Shown here: in pieces, positions 41,168 to 51,776 of the stretch | How the letters are laid out: each line of letters begins with the position of its first letter | How positions within the stretch are numbered: the first letter of the stretch is position 1 | Origin: Candidatus Cloacimonadales bacterium | GTDB lineage: Bacteria; Cloacimonadota; Cloacimonadia; Cloacimonadales; JAFGVF01 | Direction: 5' to 3' | DNA: 64,000 bases | Assembly (NCBI GenBank): GCA_963662585.1 | Contig: OY759729.1 | Location: 2,752,001 to 2,816,000 of the forward strand | Made by a program: the position numbers and the translations under genes | The notes under the pieces: model-generated | The model's input: the letters and a program-made list of their open reading frames with translations, nothing else | Database searches by the model: none | Told to the model about the DNA's origin: nothing

Positions 41168-42589
41168 TTAATCCTTTTTCAACATATAATAGGTGCTTCT
41201 ACCACTACCTTTCCTAACTAAGAGTTTTTCTTCTGTCATCTCAGCTAATAAGTTTGTTGCTTTTGTAGTTTTAAAATCGAAAACATCAATTACTTGCTTA
41301 CGAGTTATGGTTTTATTATCTAATAGATAAAGTAATATGTCTTGTTTTTCTATTTCTAAACGACCGTAATCGACCGTAATCGATCGTAATCGATCGTAAT
41401 CGACCGTAATCGACCGTGGATATTCAATAGTTTGATTATTATTAACTGAAGATTCTGCTTCGGGTCGAAATAATTTAACTTCAAAGAAATCATTCTTTTC
41501 AATAATTTCAGGTTTTTTAAGGCCTCTATTCTCACACGAAATTAAGATACGATTAATGCCAGTACCCCATTTTTCTATAAAGTTGAGTTTATTCATCACT
41601 CTTGCAAGTACTTTATTTCTAATCTCACTTCTTCCATTAAAGATATCTTCATAAGTTATTTTTGGTGGAAGTGATCCAGGGGAGTTGATAGAAATATAAC
41701 TATCAAAAATATTAACTTTAATATCTCTACCAGAATTAGTGTAATCACGATGGACAATGGCATTTAGCAAAGCTTCTCTAATTGCCTCTAAAGGAACTTC
41801 AGGTATATCTTCTCTTTGTAGCCCTTTTATCTTTGCACCAACATTGATATGATTATAACAAAAACTTTCAGCATTCTCCAATTGAGAAAAAATATTGCCA
41901 GTATATTCTTTTTTATCAATAAATTCAACCATATTATCACCCTTGAATTTAGCACATTTTATACAAGAATGTTCATACAGACCAAGAAGAATTAGTAATC
42001 CTTTTGTAGGGTACAGTTTATTGATTTCTTTTTTAGCTAATCCAAGATTTAGGAAGCTTGATTCATCTAAATCTATACCCAGCTTCTTGAATCTAGTGGA
42101 AAGTGGACTTAAATCTAAATCTTCAAAATCTAGGTTATAATCTATCTCTTCATCAAAGCTCGTATTCCTACTTTGCCTATGGAGATCATTAATGGTTTCA
42201 TTATCTGCTTTGCGATTAGTGGCTCCCAATCTAATGTAGACTTCCTCTTTATTGCCTGCTTTTTTGATATGATATGGAGATTGTGGACCCTTTGAAACAT
42301 CAATTACAAGAATCAGCTTATTTTCAATAGCTACAGTAAAGATGTCTATCATTATTAGTGGAGATATTTTATCATATATTACCGATATTAAAGAATCTTT
42401 TATTTCAAAAATATTAGCATCATCAATACCTATTATTTCAAGATTATCTTTAACCCCAATAATGAGCTTTCCTCCTGAAGTGTTTGCAAATGCACATACT
42501 GTCTTTGCTATCTTGTCATGAGAAGGAATTATCTCTTTCAGTTCAAGTGTTTTGCTCTCACCCTTTGTTATCAGTTTCTTGTAATCCAT
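41168..42589 (-). CDS. AlbA_2 (Schlafen-like) plus HATPase_c_4 ('RecG-like') protein with C-terminal wHTH
   Basis: GESKTLELKE, AFANTSGG.L.IGV.D, REALLNAIVHRDY, SPGSL, RN..LA, IEKWGTGI, GSGRSTYY. Confidence 0.85.
   Translation of the reverse strand: MDYKKLITKGESKTLELKEIIPSHDKIAKTVCAFANTSGGKLIIGVKDNLEIIGIDDANIFEIKDSLISVIYDKISPLIMIDIFTVAIENKLILVIDVSKGPQSPYHIKKAGNKEEVYIRLGATNRKADNETINDLHRQSRNTSFDEEIDYNLDFEDLDLSPLSTRFKKLGIDLDESSFLNLGLAKKEINKLYPTKGLLILLGLYEHSCIKCAKFKGDNMVEFIDKKEYTGNIFSQLENAESFCYNHINVGAKIKGLQREDIPEVPLEAIREALLNAIVHRDYTNSGRDIKVNIFDSYISINSPGSLPPKITYEDIFNGRSEIRNKVLARVMNKLNFIEKWGTGINRILISCENRGLKKPEIIEKNDFFEVKLFRPEAESSVNNNQTIEYPRSITVDYDRLRSITVDYGRLEIEKQDILLYLLDNKTITRKQVIDVFDFKTTKATNLLAEMTEEKLLVRKGSGRSTYYMLKKD
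41361..41418. repeat. 10-bp tandem repeat within a coding linker
   Basis: CGA(C/T)CGTAAT repeated about 5.7 times. Confidence 0.85.
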
Positions 42590-42852
42590 ATCTACTCCAA
42601 ATTAAAAGTTAGTTTAAGTTAAGATAGTCTAGCAATAGCAAAGATGTCAAGATAAATGTGAGTTAGAATATTTTAATTAAAGAAAAGCTGAAAAGAAAAT
42701 AGTATTTGCTTCTTTCTAGTAGTTTTTTTGTAAGATTATTATTATTGATATTCTACATTAAAGGAATAATATCATGTACTATACTTAATCTACAAAATTT
42801 CTACTTCATTATTAATACATATATATGTGTAAATGCTATCCTGCTCTTTGTC

Positions 42853-45046
42853 TTAATTCCCAATCTCAAACCCTAAATTCTTATATGCTCTTCTTCTTTT
42901 GTCGTACATTTTAATCAACTTCTCATAATTTACATCAACATAGTCATACACTTCAACTGAATTTTTATCTTCATGACATCTTACTATTCTCCCAACATAT
43001 TGCTGAAGTGTTCCTTTCCAAGAAATTGGTAAAGTGAGAAATAGAGTGTCAAGTAGAGGAAAGTCAAATCCTTCTCCTATGTATCTGCCAGTAGCAATAA
43101 TTATGAAAGAATCTGAATTATTTAACTCTGCTAAAGTACTCTTAACTAGGACTTTTTCCTGTTTCTTCATATTACCTTTTAGAATAATAATATTATCACA
43201 TGCAGGACTTAATGCTTCATACAGTATATTTAGATGGGAAACTCTTTCTGTTAAAACTAAGATCTTTCTTTTTCGCTTAAATGCCCTAATTACACCACTG
43301 CAAATGAGATGATTTCTTGCAGTATTCTGGGATAAATTAGACATTAAATTCGCTAAGGTAATATTATCTTCAGGAAAGATTGTTCTAATTTCTTGTTTGA
43401 TAACTTTCATTGACTCAAACTGTAATTTAAGATTTGTTCTATATTTAATTGCCCCACACTGCATGAAAATAATGGGATGATGTCCATCTTTCCTAGTAGT
43501 GGTTGCAGTCATCCCTAAGATGAATTTAGCTCTTGATTTCTTAAGTATTTTCTCAAAAGTATAAGCTGCGATATGATGACACTCATCGATTATTATCTGT
43601 CCATATTGGTCAATTCTCTCCATTGATAAGTTTTTAAGAGTTTGAATCATTGCTATATCAATTTGCAAAGTTTGCTTAGTCTTTGAAACTCCTAAAATTC
43701 CAATATCTGCTCCTTGAGTATAAATAGCAAGTTTCTCTTTCCATTGTTCTAGCAGTTCTTTTCTATGAACTAATATTAAGGTGTTGACTTTCCTCTCTGC
43801 TATAAGTTTAATAGCCAAGATTGTTTTTCCAAATCCAGTTGTGGCTAAGAGAACAGACATTTCATGCTTTGAAATCTCAGTAAAAGCTTCGATTTGATTT
43901 TCTTTCAATGCTCCGATAAATTTACAAGCTATTTTAGTCCCAATATTTCGTTGGTCATCAATAGTATATTTAATGTTTTCAATTTGGAATATATTTAAGA
44001 CATCTTTTAATAATCCTGTTGGAATTGATATCAACTCAGGAAAATTTTCACTACAACTTATGAAACGAGGAATTTTGAAAGTTGATCTCCTACTTGCTTG
44101 AGCAATATAGAATTCAGGATTAGGAAATACTGCCAATTGGATAAGTTTATATAAAATATGCTTAGGTAATCCATGTTTACTAACAAATATTTGATTAGAT
44201 ATGATGATCTTTATTTTTCGATTTTTAGATATTACAGTCTTAGGAAGTTCAATTGTTTTATTCTTTATAATATTCTGAATACCCTTTAGGGACAACTTCT
44301 TGACAGTCGAAAGATATGCCCATTGGTCAGGAAATGGTTTGAATTCTTGGGAGACAAAAACTGAACAGTTATTTAATCTTGCTTTTTTTTGCAGGGGTAA
44401 TGCTATCAGATTCCCAAAACCACCTTCTGGTAAATAATCTTGATTAGGAAACATTCTGTCATAGGAATCTAAATCTAGTAATCGCTCTGTCTTTCTTGTC
44501 TCTGAAATAATAAATGAACCAAGTTTTCGTGCATCTATAGCTGTAATTTCTTCTGAGAAGAATATCCATAGATGTGCTCCATTCCCAGAACGAGAAACCT
44601 CTATTGAAGCTGGTATATCAAGTCTGAGACAGCTAGAATAAACAGCTTCAATATCCTGTTTCCACTGCATTTTATCGAAGTCTATAGCTAGGAAATTACA
44701 ATTATCATTACTCAAGATAGGGTATATGCCAATAACAATTCTACCTGCTAAATGGTCATAAATAACTTTATTTTCTATAGTCTGAAGATCTCTATTTTTG
44801 CATATACTACATTTTATCTTAGGTAAATTACATTTAGCTTTATTCCATCTGTTCAGACAAACTGGAGAATACCCTGATTTGTTGTTACTTTCCCATCTTT
44901 GAGCAAACAAATCTTCCCGTCCTTTGAACAATGACCTGAATAGGGTGATTTTAGAGTTTGTTGTACTGCGATTGGTTATAATTATTTCGGGATTTATGTC
45001 TGAAACTACCTCTTCTTCTGAAATACCTAACAGTTTTCTGAGTAAT
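42853..45046 (-). CDS. AEP primase-like (TOTE-type) domain plus SF2 DEAH helicase; 5' end apparently truncated by the prophage
   Basis: LFRSLFKGRED, FLAIDFD, EVSRSGNGAHLW, GNLIALPLQ; TGFGKT, DECHH, TAT, QYVGR. The frame stays open about 40 codons above the called TTG with no start codon. Confidence 0.75.
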
Positions 45047-45531
45047 TGATAAAAAGTGACACCCTTGATAGCCAGGAGGTGGAAGAATGCTTAAATTAGA
45101 CAAATGGCTTATTAATGGGCTTTATAGGGTGGACATGAGTGAAAAAGCGAGTTTGCCACTTTTGTAAAAGCTTGTAGATTGCTTGTAAAAGCTTGTTAGT
45201 TTTGCGTTAATTTTGAAAGTATTAAATAACAGTAGGTTAGGATATTTGTAGGCTTTGAATTAAACCGAGAGTAAAACAAATTTTGGAAAATGAAAATATG
45301 AAAAGTGAAAAAGCGTTTTGCAAAAGCGTTGTGATAGAAAAAAAGTGACAACAACATTGCCACTTTGAAAAACCGACCTGAAAGCCACTAATAATAAGAA
45401 AAACTTACAGTTTATTTTGATTTAAAAAGTGACAGCAAGGTTGCCACTTTGAAAAAGCGTTTTAAAAAAATAACAGCACTTTTACCTAAATGAGAAAGCG
45501 TTTTTTGTAAAAGTGCTGATAAAATTATATT

Positions 45532-46080
45532 CTAATCATTAATTCTCTTGATAGCAAATCCAGATATCTCATAATAGTATTGATTAACACCTGAAGTTCT
45601 TTGATAATCATCTTGTTCTAAAACAAAAGAAGATACCCTGATATTAATAATTGCATCAGCACCTTTAGCTTTTGCTTCTTTAACTAAGAGGTCCATAGCC
45701 TCTTGAAGATTTGCATGTACAATTATAGTGCTCCAGTATGTTTGCTTTTCATAAACAATGTTATCTTTATCAATATCTGCTAGTTTTTTTCTAAGCACTA
45801 CTCCATCAGATATTCTGAGTATTCTATTTGCTTGGTATGTTTGAAGCATTTTAGGACTCTCAAAAATACTGTCCTTGCAATAAGCATTTACTAGTCCTAT
45901 GGGAATATACTCATTTTCATAACTCATAGGTGTAACAAATACTCCTTTCTCCATATACTTTTCAAAATCAAGAAATGTTATAATTTCATAGCCTGGATTT
46001 GAATAAGTACTGCAACCACTGATCATAATCAAGGTAATCACTATAAGAACATAACCAACCACTTTTCTTAAAATAAACAT
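45532..46080 (-). CDS. Lipoprotein with YbjQ-like motif (prophage accessory gene)
   Basis: Lipobox ISGC; EAKAKGADAIINIR, ISGFAIKR. Confidence 0.6.
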   Translation of the reverse strand: MFILRKVVGYVLIVITLIMISGCSTYSNPGYEIITFLDFEKYMEKGVFVTPMSYENEYIPIGLVNAYCKDSIFESPKMLQTYQANRILRISDGVVLRKKLADIDKDNIVYEKQTYWSTIIVHANLQEAMDLLVKEAKAKGADAIINIRVSSFVLEQDDYQRTSGVNQYYYEISGFAIKRIND

Positions 46081-46107
46081 ACTACCTCCTAATTATTGAT
46101 ATATTTA

Positions 46108-46839
46108 TTATTTATAAGATCTAATCGAATACTCAAGTACCCCTAATATATTTATCGTAGAATATTGATTAATTAAGATAGGTTTGTAGTCATCATTGAT
46201 AGGCATTAACCAGGAGCATTTATTATCATGATCTAGCTTAAGTAGTTTAAGAGTGATACCATCATCAATTCTGATAGCTACTATCCTGTTATCCATATCA
46301 TCATAATCATAGAATTTATTAATGATCACAACATCGCTGTGTTGTATCTCTGGGCTCATGCTCCATCCGTTTACTCTGAAGCAATAGAAGTTATCAGGAT
46401 CACTTATAAGCTCAGTTGATACAATGATATTGCCTAAATCACTCATGTCTGCAACTTCAAAAGGATTACCAGCTGCTATCTCCCCCACTATGGGAAGTGA
46501 AACTACAGAACTATTAACTTGTGATTTATTGGATTGTTTAACTTCAACTTTTGAATTGGATTTACCAAGTTCAATATATTGTTTTAGCTTATCTGCGTTT
46601 AGCTCTGTTTTAGGTTTTTTATTACCTTGCTCCATAAACATAAAACCTTTACCAGTGATAAGCCAATCCGTACTGATATTATAACAATTCCGCATATTTT
46701 CTAATAAACTGATAGGTGGTTCATGAACTCCAGATTCATATCTGCTATAATTAGATTGGGTTAAATTGATGCTTTTTGCAAAATCAGTCTGATTTAAACC
46801 AATTTTTTTTCTTACCTCTTTTAGCCTGTCTTTCAGCAA
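46108..46839 (-). CDS. Phage repressor (XRE HTH plus S24 peptidase)
   Basis: LKEVRKK.GLNQTDFA, SRYESG, DWLITGKG; IAAG cleavage site, RVNGWSM, TLK. Confidence 0.9.
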   Translation of the reverse strand: MLKDRLKEVRKKIGLNQTDFAKSINLTQSNYSRYESGVHEPPISLLENMRNCYNISTDWLITGKGFMFMEQGNKKPKTELNADKLKQYIELGKSNSKVEVKQSNKSQVNSSVVSLPIVGEIAAGNPFEVADMSDLGNIIVSTELISDPDNFYCFRVNGWSMSPEIQHSDVVIINKFYDYDDMDNRIVAIRIDDGITLKLLKLDHDNKCSWLMPINDDYKPILINQYSTINILGVLEYSIRSYK

Positions 46840-46871
46840 CTTACACCACCTGTTATTTTATTTTATATCAA

Positions 46872-46915
46872 TATCGCATAATTTCTATTGACACTTATGC
46901 GATAACGCATATTAT
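46872..46915 (+). promoter_or_regulatory. Early promoter with operator-like inverted repeats
   Basis: TTGACA (46888)-16 bp-TATTAT, overlapped by TATCGCATAA...TTATGCGATA and ATGCG-ATAA-CGCAT. Confidence 0.6.
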
Positions 46916-46972
46916 TGGCACATCTAATGACAGATAAGAATAAAACATTAAAATAGTCAAGAAAAAATAATA

Positions 46973-47260
46973 ATGGGAGAAAAAGAGATGCACTTAGAAG
47001 CAAAAGAAATCAGAGCTGCAATGACTGCTAACAGTATTAATAGCGAGAATCTTTTGGATTATGTTAATGAGAAAACAGGTTTAGATATTTCCTTAAATTA
47101 TTTAAACAGAATAATCTCAGGCAATAGAAAAAATCAAAAGGTTGAAAAGGCAATTGAAGATTTATTCGGTCCTTGGGTTCAGGGGGCAATAAGAAGTAAT
47201 AACCAGATACAATTTAATGATATTCAATCAGATAAGGAGAGTAGAGATGCTAGATTATAA
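46973..47260 (+). CDS. Ner/Cro-like early regulator
   Basis: First gene divergent from the repressor; HTH-like YLNRIISGNRKN. Confidence 0.55.
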   Translation: MGEKEMHLEAKEIRAAMTANSINSENLLDYVNEKTGLDISLNYLNRIISGNRKNQKVEKAIEDLFGPWVQGAIRSNNQIQFNDIQSDKESRDARL

Positions 47261-47657
47261 TGCAAGTGAATATAACAATGGCAATAAGAAGACAATCGTT
47301 AATGGTATGTTAAGAGAGTATTACCATGAAAGAGGGTGTATATTTGTAATGATTGTTGATTATACATTTTTAGACGGTGGTTTCTTAGCTATCAAAAGAG
47401 TTCAGATGATGGAATGTTTAGATGAAGAAGATGCTTATAATGAAATCTGTAAGGTAACTACATTCTTACATTTAGATTCAGTTAAATTTTATTTATGGAG
47501 ATTAAACGAGTATCAGAGTGCTATTGTTAACTCACCTTACCCAACAACAACTGCCTGCTTGATGTTAAAAGGTCCTGTTACAACTGAGAAGATTGATGCT
47601 ATTAGACAATTTTTAAAAAGTCACAAACTCAAGTTTGAAAAATCACAACTGATATAA
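47247..47657 (+). CDS. Hypothetical phage protein
   Basis: AAGGAG RBS before ATG 47247; coupled in the early operon. Confidence 0.6.
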   Translation: MLDYNASEYNNGNKKTIVNGMLREYYHERGCIFVMIVDYTFLDGGFLAIKRVQMMECLDEEDAYNEICKVTTFLHLDSVKFYLWRLNEYQSAIVNSPYPTTTACLMLKGPVTTEKIDAIRQFLKSHKLKFEKSQLI

Positions 47658-47673
47658 CCATAAGGAGTAAGCC

Positions 47674-47892
47674 ATGATAACAGCCATAGTAATATTATCA
47701 ATAATTGTAGTGTTGTTAGTTATGCATGACATAGCTGGTATAGGTAAAGCATCGGATTTAGAGAGTAAGAACTTCGAGCTTAAAGCTAGTAATTATAGCT
47801 TAGAGAAGAAGAACAAGGACCTTAAGAATAAGCTTAGCTTAGTAAATCAGAACCTAAAGAGCCTAAAAGGCATTAGACAGAGATGTTCATAG
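47674..47892 (+). CDS. Small membrane-anchored coiled-coil phage protein
   Basis: AAGGAG RBS, N-terminal TM helix, heptad-rich tail. Confidence 0.6.
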   Translation: MITAIVILSIIVVLLVMHDIAGIGKASDLESKNFELKASNYSLEKKNKDLKNKLSLVNQNLKSLKGIRQRCS

Positions 47893-47962
47893 CCAATGGG
47901 GCTTTTAGTAGCCCCACTACTATGAATATTAATAATTCTTTAAGGATTAAATGGAGTTAATT

Positions 47963-50374
47963 ATGTGGTTAACAGTAAAAGAAGTGGCTGATAGGCTTGG
48001 AATTAGTACCAAGACTGTTAGAAGAAGATTAAAGAAAGGTGAATGGGAATTTAAGGAAGAACAAATTGGAGCAGGTAAACCTACAATTCTAATTTTAATC
48101 TCTGATACTAATAATAGTTCTAAATTGGACACCTCTAAATTGGACACCTCTAAATTGGACACCTCTAAATTGGACACCTCTAAATTGGACACTCCTAAAT
48201 TGGACACTCCTAAATTGGACACTCCTAAATTGGACACTCCTAAATTGGACACTTCTGATCATGTTGACAAACATAAACCACAGAAAAAAGCAGATAATGT
48301 TAAAAAGAAGAAGCAGACCGTAGTTCCTCCTGAAGGAGGAAAGCGGATGTGGTCATCCGCTCTCCCAGTTAGTAAGAGGGGAAATGAAGAGAATCTGCAA
48401 GCTGGAAACTTACAGTCCATAGAAGGTATAATGGCTAAGTATGAAGTAAGCAGGAGTAAAGCTTACAGGATAGCTAAGAAGGAAGGCTGGGAAGTTATTA
48501 AGTCTGCTATTCCTGGTGGAGGCACAAAAAACTTATACTTAGTTCCGAGTTCTAAAGAGATAGCACCATGTATTGAAGCAGGAGTGGTTGAGTATGATAA
48601 TACTATACCTGATTTAGAGGAGCAGGTCCCTGTTCCTGAAGATGAATTACAGAGAGCTCAGTTAAAAGCAGATTTGTGTGAGGAGATATTGAATGAGTAT
48701 GATAGGTGTGGCAGTAAGTTAAAAGCTATCAAGAGTATTAATTCAGTATATAACACAGGTTTGTTTTCACCTAAGCTTTATGAATTAGAAGGTAAGAAGG
48801 GCGAAAGGACCATGCGTTCTTGGCTTGATGTATATCTTGATAGTGATAAGGATTTCAAGAGCTTAGTTAGGCTAAACAGAGCTTCTGAAAGTAGCATTGC
48901 CAGTGAGACTGAGCAAGACTTCTTACTTAATCTACTGCTTAATGATAACAAGATCAAGATAGGATCTGCTATTAGGAAGCTTAAACAGATGGCAAGAGCA
49001 GGTAAGATTGAATCCAGGACTAGTGAGAGATCACTAAGAAGATGGGTTGAATCCTGGAGAGATAGCAATATTCAGGAGTGGAACACTTTAAGATATGGAG
49101 TTAAGCATCTAAGAGATAGAGGTATAATGACATTATTAAGGAGTGAAAGCTTGAATGTTGGTGATGTACTGGTAGCTGATGGTCATATATTGTCCTTTGA
49201 TATTATTGATCCATTAACTGGTAAGGCTAAGAGAATGATGCTGATATTATTCTTTGATTGGGCTTCCAGGTATCCAGTTGGAGCATCTTTAGCTAATACA
49301 GAAGATTCTGAGCATATCTCTTTAGCTTTGAGAAATTCCATAGTTAATATGGGCTACAAACCTAAGAGTGTTTACTTAGATAATGGTAGAGCTTTTAGAA
49401 GCAGGTTATTCCATGAGAAGTGGGAGGACCATGATTTAAGCAATGAATTAGCAGGTATTTATCCTCGCTTAGGAATTGATGTTACTTTTGCAAAGCCTTA
49501 TAATGCCAGGGCTAAGGTGATTGAGAGATTCTTTAAGACAATGCAAGAGGATTTTGAAAGGTTTATTGATACTTTCAGAGGTTCAGGTATTGGAGATAAA
49601 CCTGCTTACTTAATGAGGAATGAGAAGTGGATCAAGAAGCTTAGAGAAAGACAGCCATTAACAGTAGAACAAGCTAAGTATATGATGGCAGTTTATTTTC
49701 AAGAAATGTATGGAATGACTCCACATGCAGGCTTAAATGGTCAAAAGCCTTATGAGGTATTTAAGAGTTTTAAAGCTCCTAGGAAGCGTCAAATAAGCCT
49801 ATCTGAGCTTAACTTTATGATGCTTAAGAATGAAAGCAGGAATATAAGGAATAATGGCATACAGTTTGGAAATGTGCTTTATTACCATGATAATCTGATA
49901 GGTATGCTGGGAAGTAAGGTTAATATCAGATATGACATTATGGATATGAGATCTATTCTGATTTATGATCAAAAAGACAGGTTTGTCTGCCAGGCTTATG
50001 CAAGAACAACTACTCATCCATTTGTTAAATTGGCTGAAGATAAGGCTACTTCTGAAAAACAACTTAAAAAGCAATTAGCTTATCAACACAGATTAGAAAA
50101 GGATATCAAGGCTAAGAGTAACATCATTAGGAAGCAGGTTGATGAGAGAGTAGCTGAGTTTAAAATGCCTGAGTTAAGCACTAAAAAATCAAGCTTTAAT
50201 GATAGTGGGTTTATTGAAGCCCCTAAATCCCCTGAAGGGGACTTTGAGAAGAAGAGGATTGAAACCACCCCGTCAGTGGAATACACTGCCACCCCTCCAC
50301 AGAGGGGAATGAAAAGTGATGAAGAAGAAGCTTTAGAGAAGTTAAATAAGTTATTCAAGAATACAGGGTTATAA
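47963..50374 (+). CDS. MuA-like DDE transposase
   Basis: N-terminal HTH (LTVKEVADRLGIS.KTVRRR); VADGH, YLDNGRAF, AKVIERFF, PHAGL; C-terminal RNNGI / IRYD domain. Confidence 0.9.
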   Translation: MWLTVKEVADRLGISTKTVRRRLKKGEWEFKEEQIGAGKPTILILISDTNNSSKLDTSKLDTSKLDTSKLDTSKLDTPKLDTPKLDTPKLDTPKLDTSDHVDKHKPQKKADNVKKKKQTVVPPEGGKRMWSSALPVSKRGNEENLQAGNLQSIEGIMAKYEVSRSKAYRIAKKEGWEVIKSAIPGGGTKNLYLVPSSKEIAPCIEAGVVEYDNTIPDLEEQVPVPEDELQRAQLKADLCEEILNEYDRCGSKLKAIKSINSVYNTGLFSPKLYELEGKKGERTMRSWLDVYLDSDKDFKSLVRLNRASESSIASETEQDFLLNLLLNDNKIKIGSAIRKLKQMARAGKIESRTSERSLRRWVESWRDSNIQEWNTLRYGVKHLRDRGIMTLLRSESLNVGDVLVADGHILSFDIIDPLTGKAKRMMLILFFDWASRYPVGASLANTEDSEHISLALRNSIVNMGYKPKSVYLDNGRAFRSRLFHEKWEDHDLSNELAGIYPRLGIDVTFAKPYNARAKVIERFFKTMQEDFERFIDTFRGSGIGDKPAYLMRNEKWIKKLRERQPLTVEQAKYMMAVYFQEMYGMTPHAGLNGQKPYEVFKSFKAPRKRQISLSELNFMMLKNESRNIRNNGIQFGNVLYYHDNLIGMLGSKVNIRYDIMDMRSILIYDQKDRFVCQAYARTTTHPFVKLAEDKATSEKQLKKQLAYQHRLEKDIKAKSNIIRKQVDERVAEFKMPELSTKKSSFNDSGFIEAPKSPEGDFEKKRIETTPSVEYTATPPQRGMKSDEEEALEKLNKLFKNTGL
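48119..48253 (+). repeat. 15-bp in-frame tandem repeat, 9 copies
   Basis: (T/C)CTAAATTGGACAC(C/T) encoding (SKLDT)5(PKLDT)4. Confidence 0.95.
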
Positions 50375-51045
50375 TGATGAAGACTAATAGAGAACTATAT
50401 TTAGAAGCAATGGACCTAATAGGTAAAGAGGTATTGGAAGTTAAGCAAAGAGACTTCCTGCTTAGGTTAATAAATAAGCATAAGAGGGTCAATACTAATT
50501 CTACCCTACAGAGGGTAAATTCAAGGGATATTGAGGAGATTATTCAATATCTTAATAAGTGTACCAGTAAAGAGTTTAGAGCCACAACACCTGAAACTAA
50601 GGCTTTAATCAAGGCAAGAATGAATGAAGGCTTTAGAGTTGATGATTTCAAGAAAGTAATAGATATCAAATGCCAACAATGGCTTAAAGGTGAGCAGTTT
50701 AAATATTTAAGACCTAAGACCTTATTTGGTAGCAAGTTTGAAGGCTACCTACAAGAGTGGATAGTGGATAATAAGAAGAGAATGTATAGAAATCAGGCTG
50801 TAGAAGTTGCCTGCAAGGATGCAAGCCTTCCTAGTAAAGAAGAAGATAAGAAGGCAAGAGAATGGGTTGAGCAAGGTAAGAAGCTACTTTCTCAAGCAAC
50901 TCCACAAGACTGGAAGGACTATCTAGCCCAGGAGAAGTTGTTTAAGAAATTAGCTTTAAGAAAAGGTATTAATGATAACTTAGTTAAGAACTTATATATA
51001 CAATTTTTAAAGAATAAAAAACTAAGAATGGGAGAAAAAAAATGA
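50374..51045 (+). CDS. Conserved phage C-terminal domain (Phg_2220_C-like) protein
   Basis: IIQYLN, IKARMNEGF..DDFKKVID.K, YLRPKTLFGSKFEGYL. Confidence 0.75.
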   Translation: MMKTNRELYLEAMDLIGKEVLEVKQRDFLLRLINKHKRVNTNSTLQRVNSRDIEEIIQYLNKCTSKEFRATTPETKALIKARMNEGFRVDDFKKVIDIKCQQWLKGEQFKYLRPKTLFGSKFEGYLQEWIVDNKKRMYRNQAVEVACKDASLPSKEEDKKAREWVEQGKKLLSQATPQDWKDYLAQEKLFKKLALRKGINDNLVKNLYIQFLKNKKLRMGEKK

Positions 51046-51764
51046 AACAGTTAGCAATGAGTACTACAAAGAATGTTGTTAATGGGCAAAAGATGATTCA
51101 GTATTTGTTAAACAGACCTAAAACTGAGATGGTTGGACTTGGAATGATCTATGGTCAGCCTGGTTTAGGTAAAAGCAGATTTGCTAAACAGCAAGCTATT
51201 ATGAATGATTATGTTTATCTAAGATTAGAGGCAAGTATGGCTCCAAAAAGCTTTTTAATACGCTTATTAGAGGCTATAAAAACTCACTTAGGAATGTCTA
51301 AAACTTCTATTTATGGTAGCACAAATGATATTTACCACAGGATTTTAGATATTCTAAAGAGCTATGATAACTTAGTGATCATAATTGATGAGATTGATTA
51401 TGCCTTTGATAATAAGAAGATACTGGGCTCAATCAGAGATATTGTAGATCAGACACTATGTGTGATTATATTAGTGGGTATGAGTGATGCCAGAGAGAGG
51501 TTACTAATGGCTGATGCTCACTATTTTGATAGATGTAATTACTTCTGTGAGTTCCAGGAGATAAGTGAAGATGATATCAGGCTTTTATGTAATGAAATAC
51601 CTGATGTAAAAATTGAAGATAAGATAGTCAGCTTCCTTAGAAAGGTAACTAAAGGTAACCTAAGAAAACTAATGAAAGCTCTTTATTCAATTGAAACAAC
51701 TTCTAAGGCTTATGATATTTCAGAATTTACAGTAGAACAATTAAAACTTATAGAAATTAGTTAA
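51042..51764 (+). CDS. MuB-like AAA+ transposition ATPase
   Basis: GQPGLGKS, IIIDEID, IRDIVD, ILVGM, GNLRKL. Confidence 0.85.
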   Translation: MKQLAMSTTKNVVNGQKMIQYLLNRPKTEMVGLGMIYGQPGLGKSRFAKQQAIMNDYVYLRLEASMAPKSFLIRLLEAIKTHLGMSKTSIYGSTNDIYHRILDILKSYDNLVIIIDEIDYAFDNKKILGSIRDIVDQTLCVIILVGMSDARERLLMADAHYFDRCNYFCEFQEISEDDIRLLCNEIPDVKIEDKIVSFLRKVTKGNLRKLMKALYSIETTSKAYDISEFTVEQLKLIEIS

Positions 51765-51776
51765 TAAAGGTGAGTA

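Noticed and set aside
47947..48252. Minus-strand ORF (SNLGV/SNLEV)n
   Set aside because: Antisense shadow of the 15-bp repeat in the transposase.
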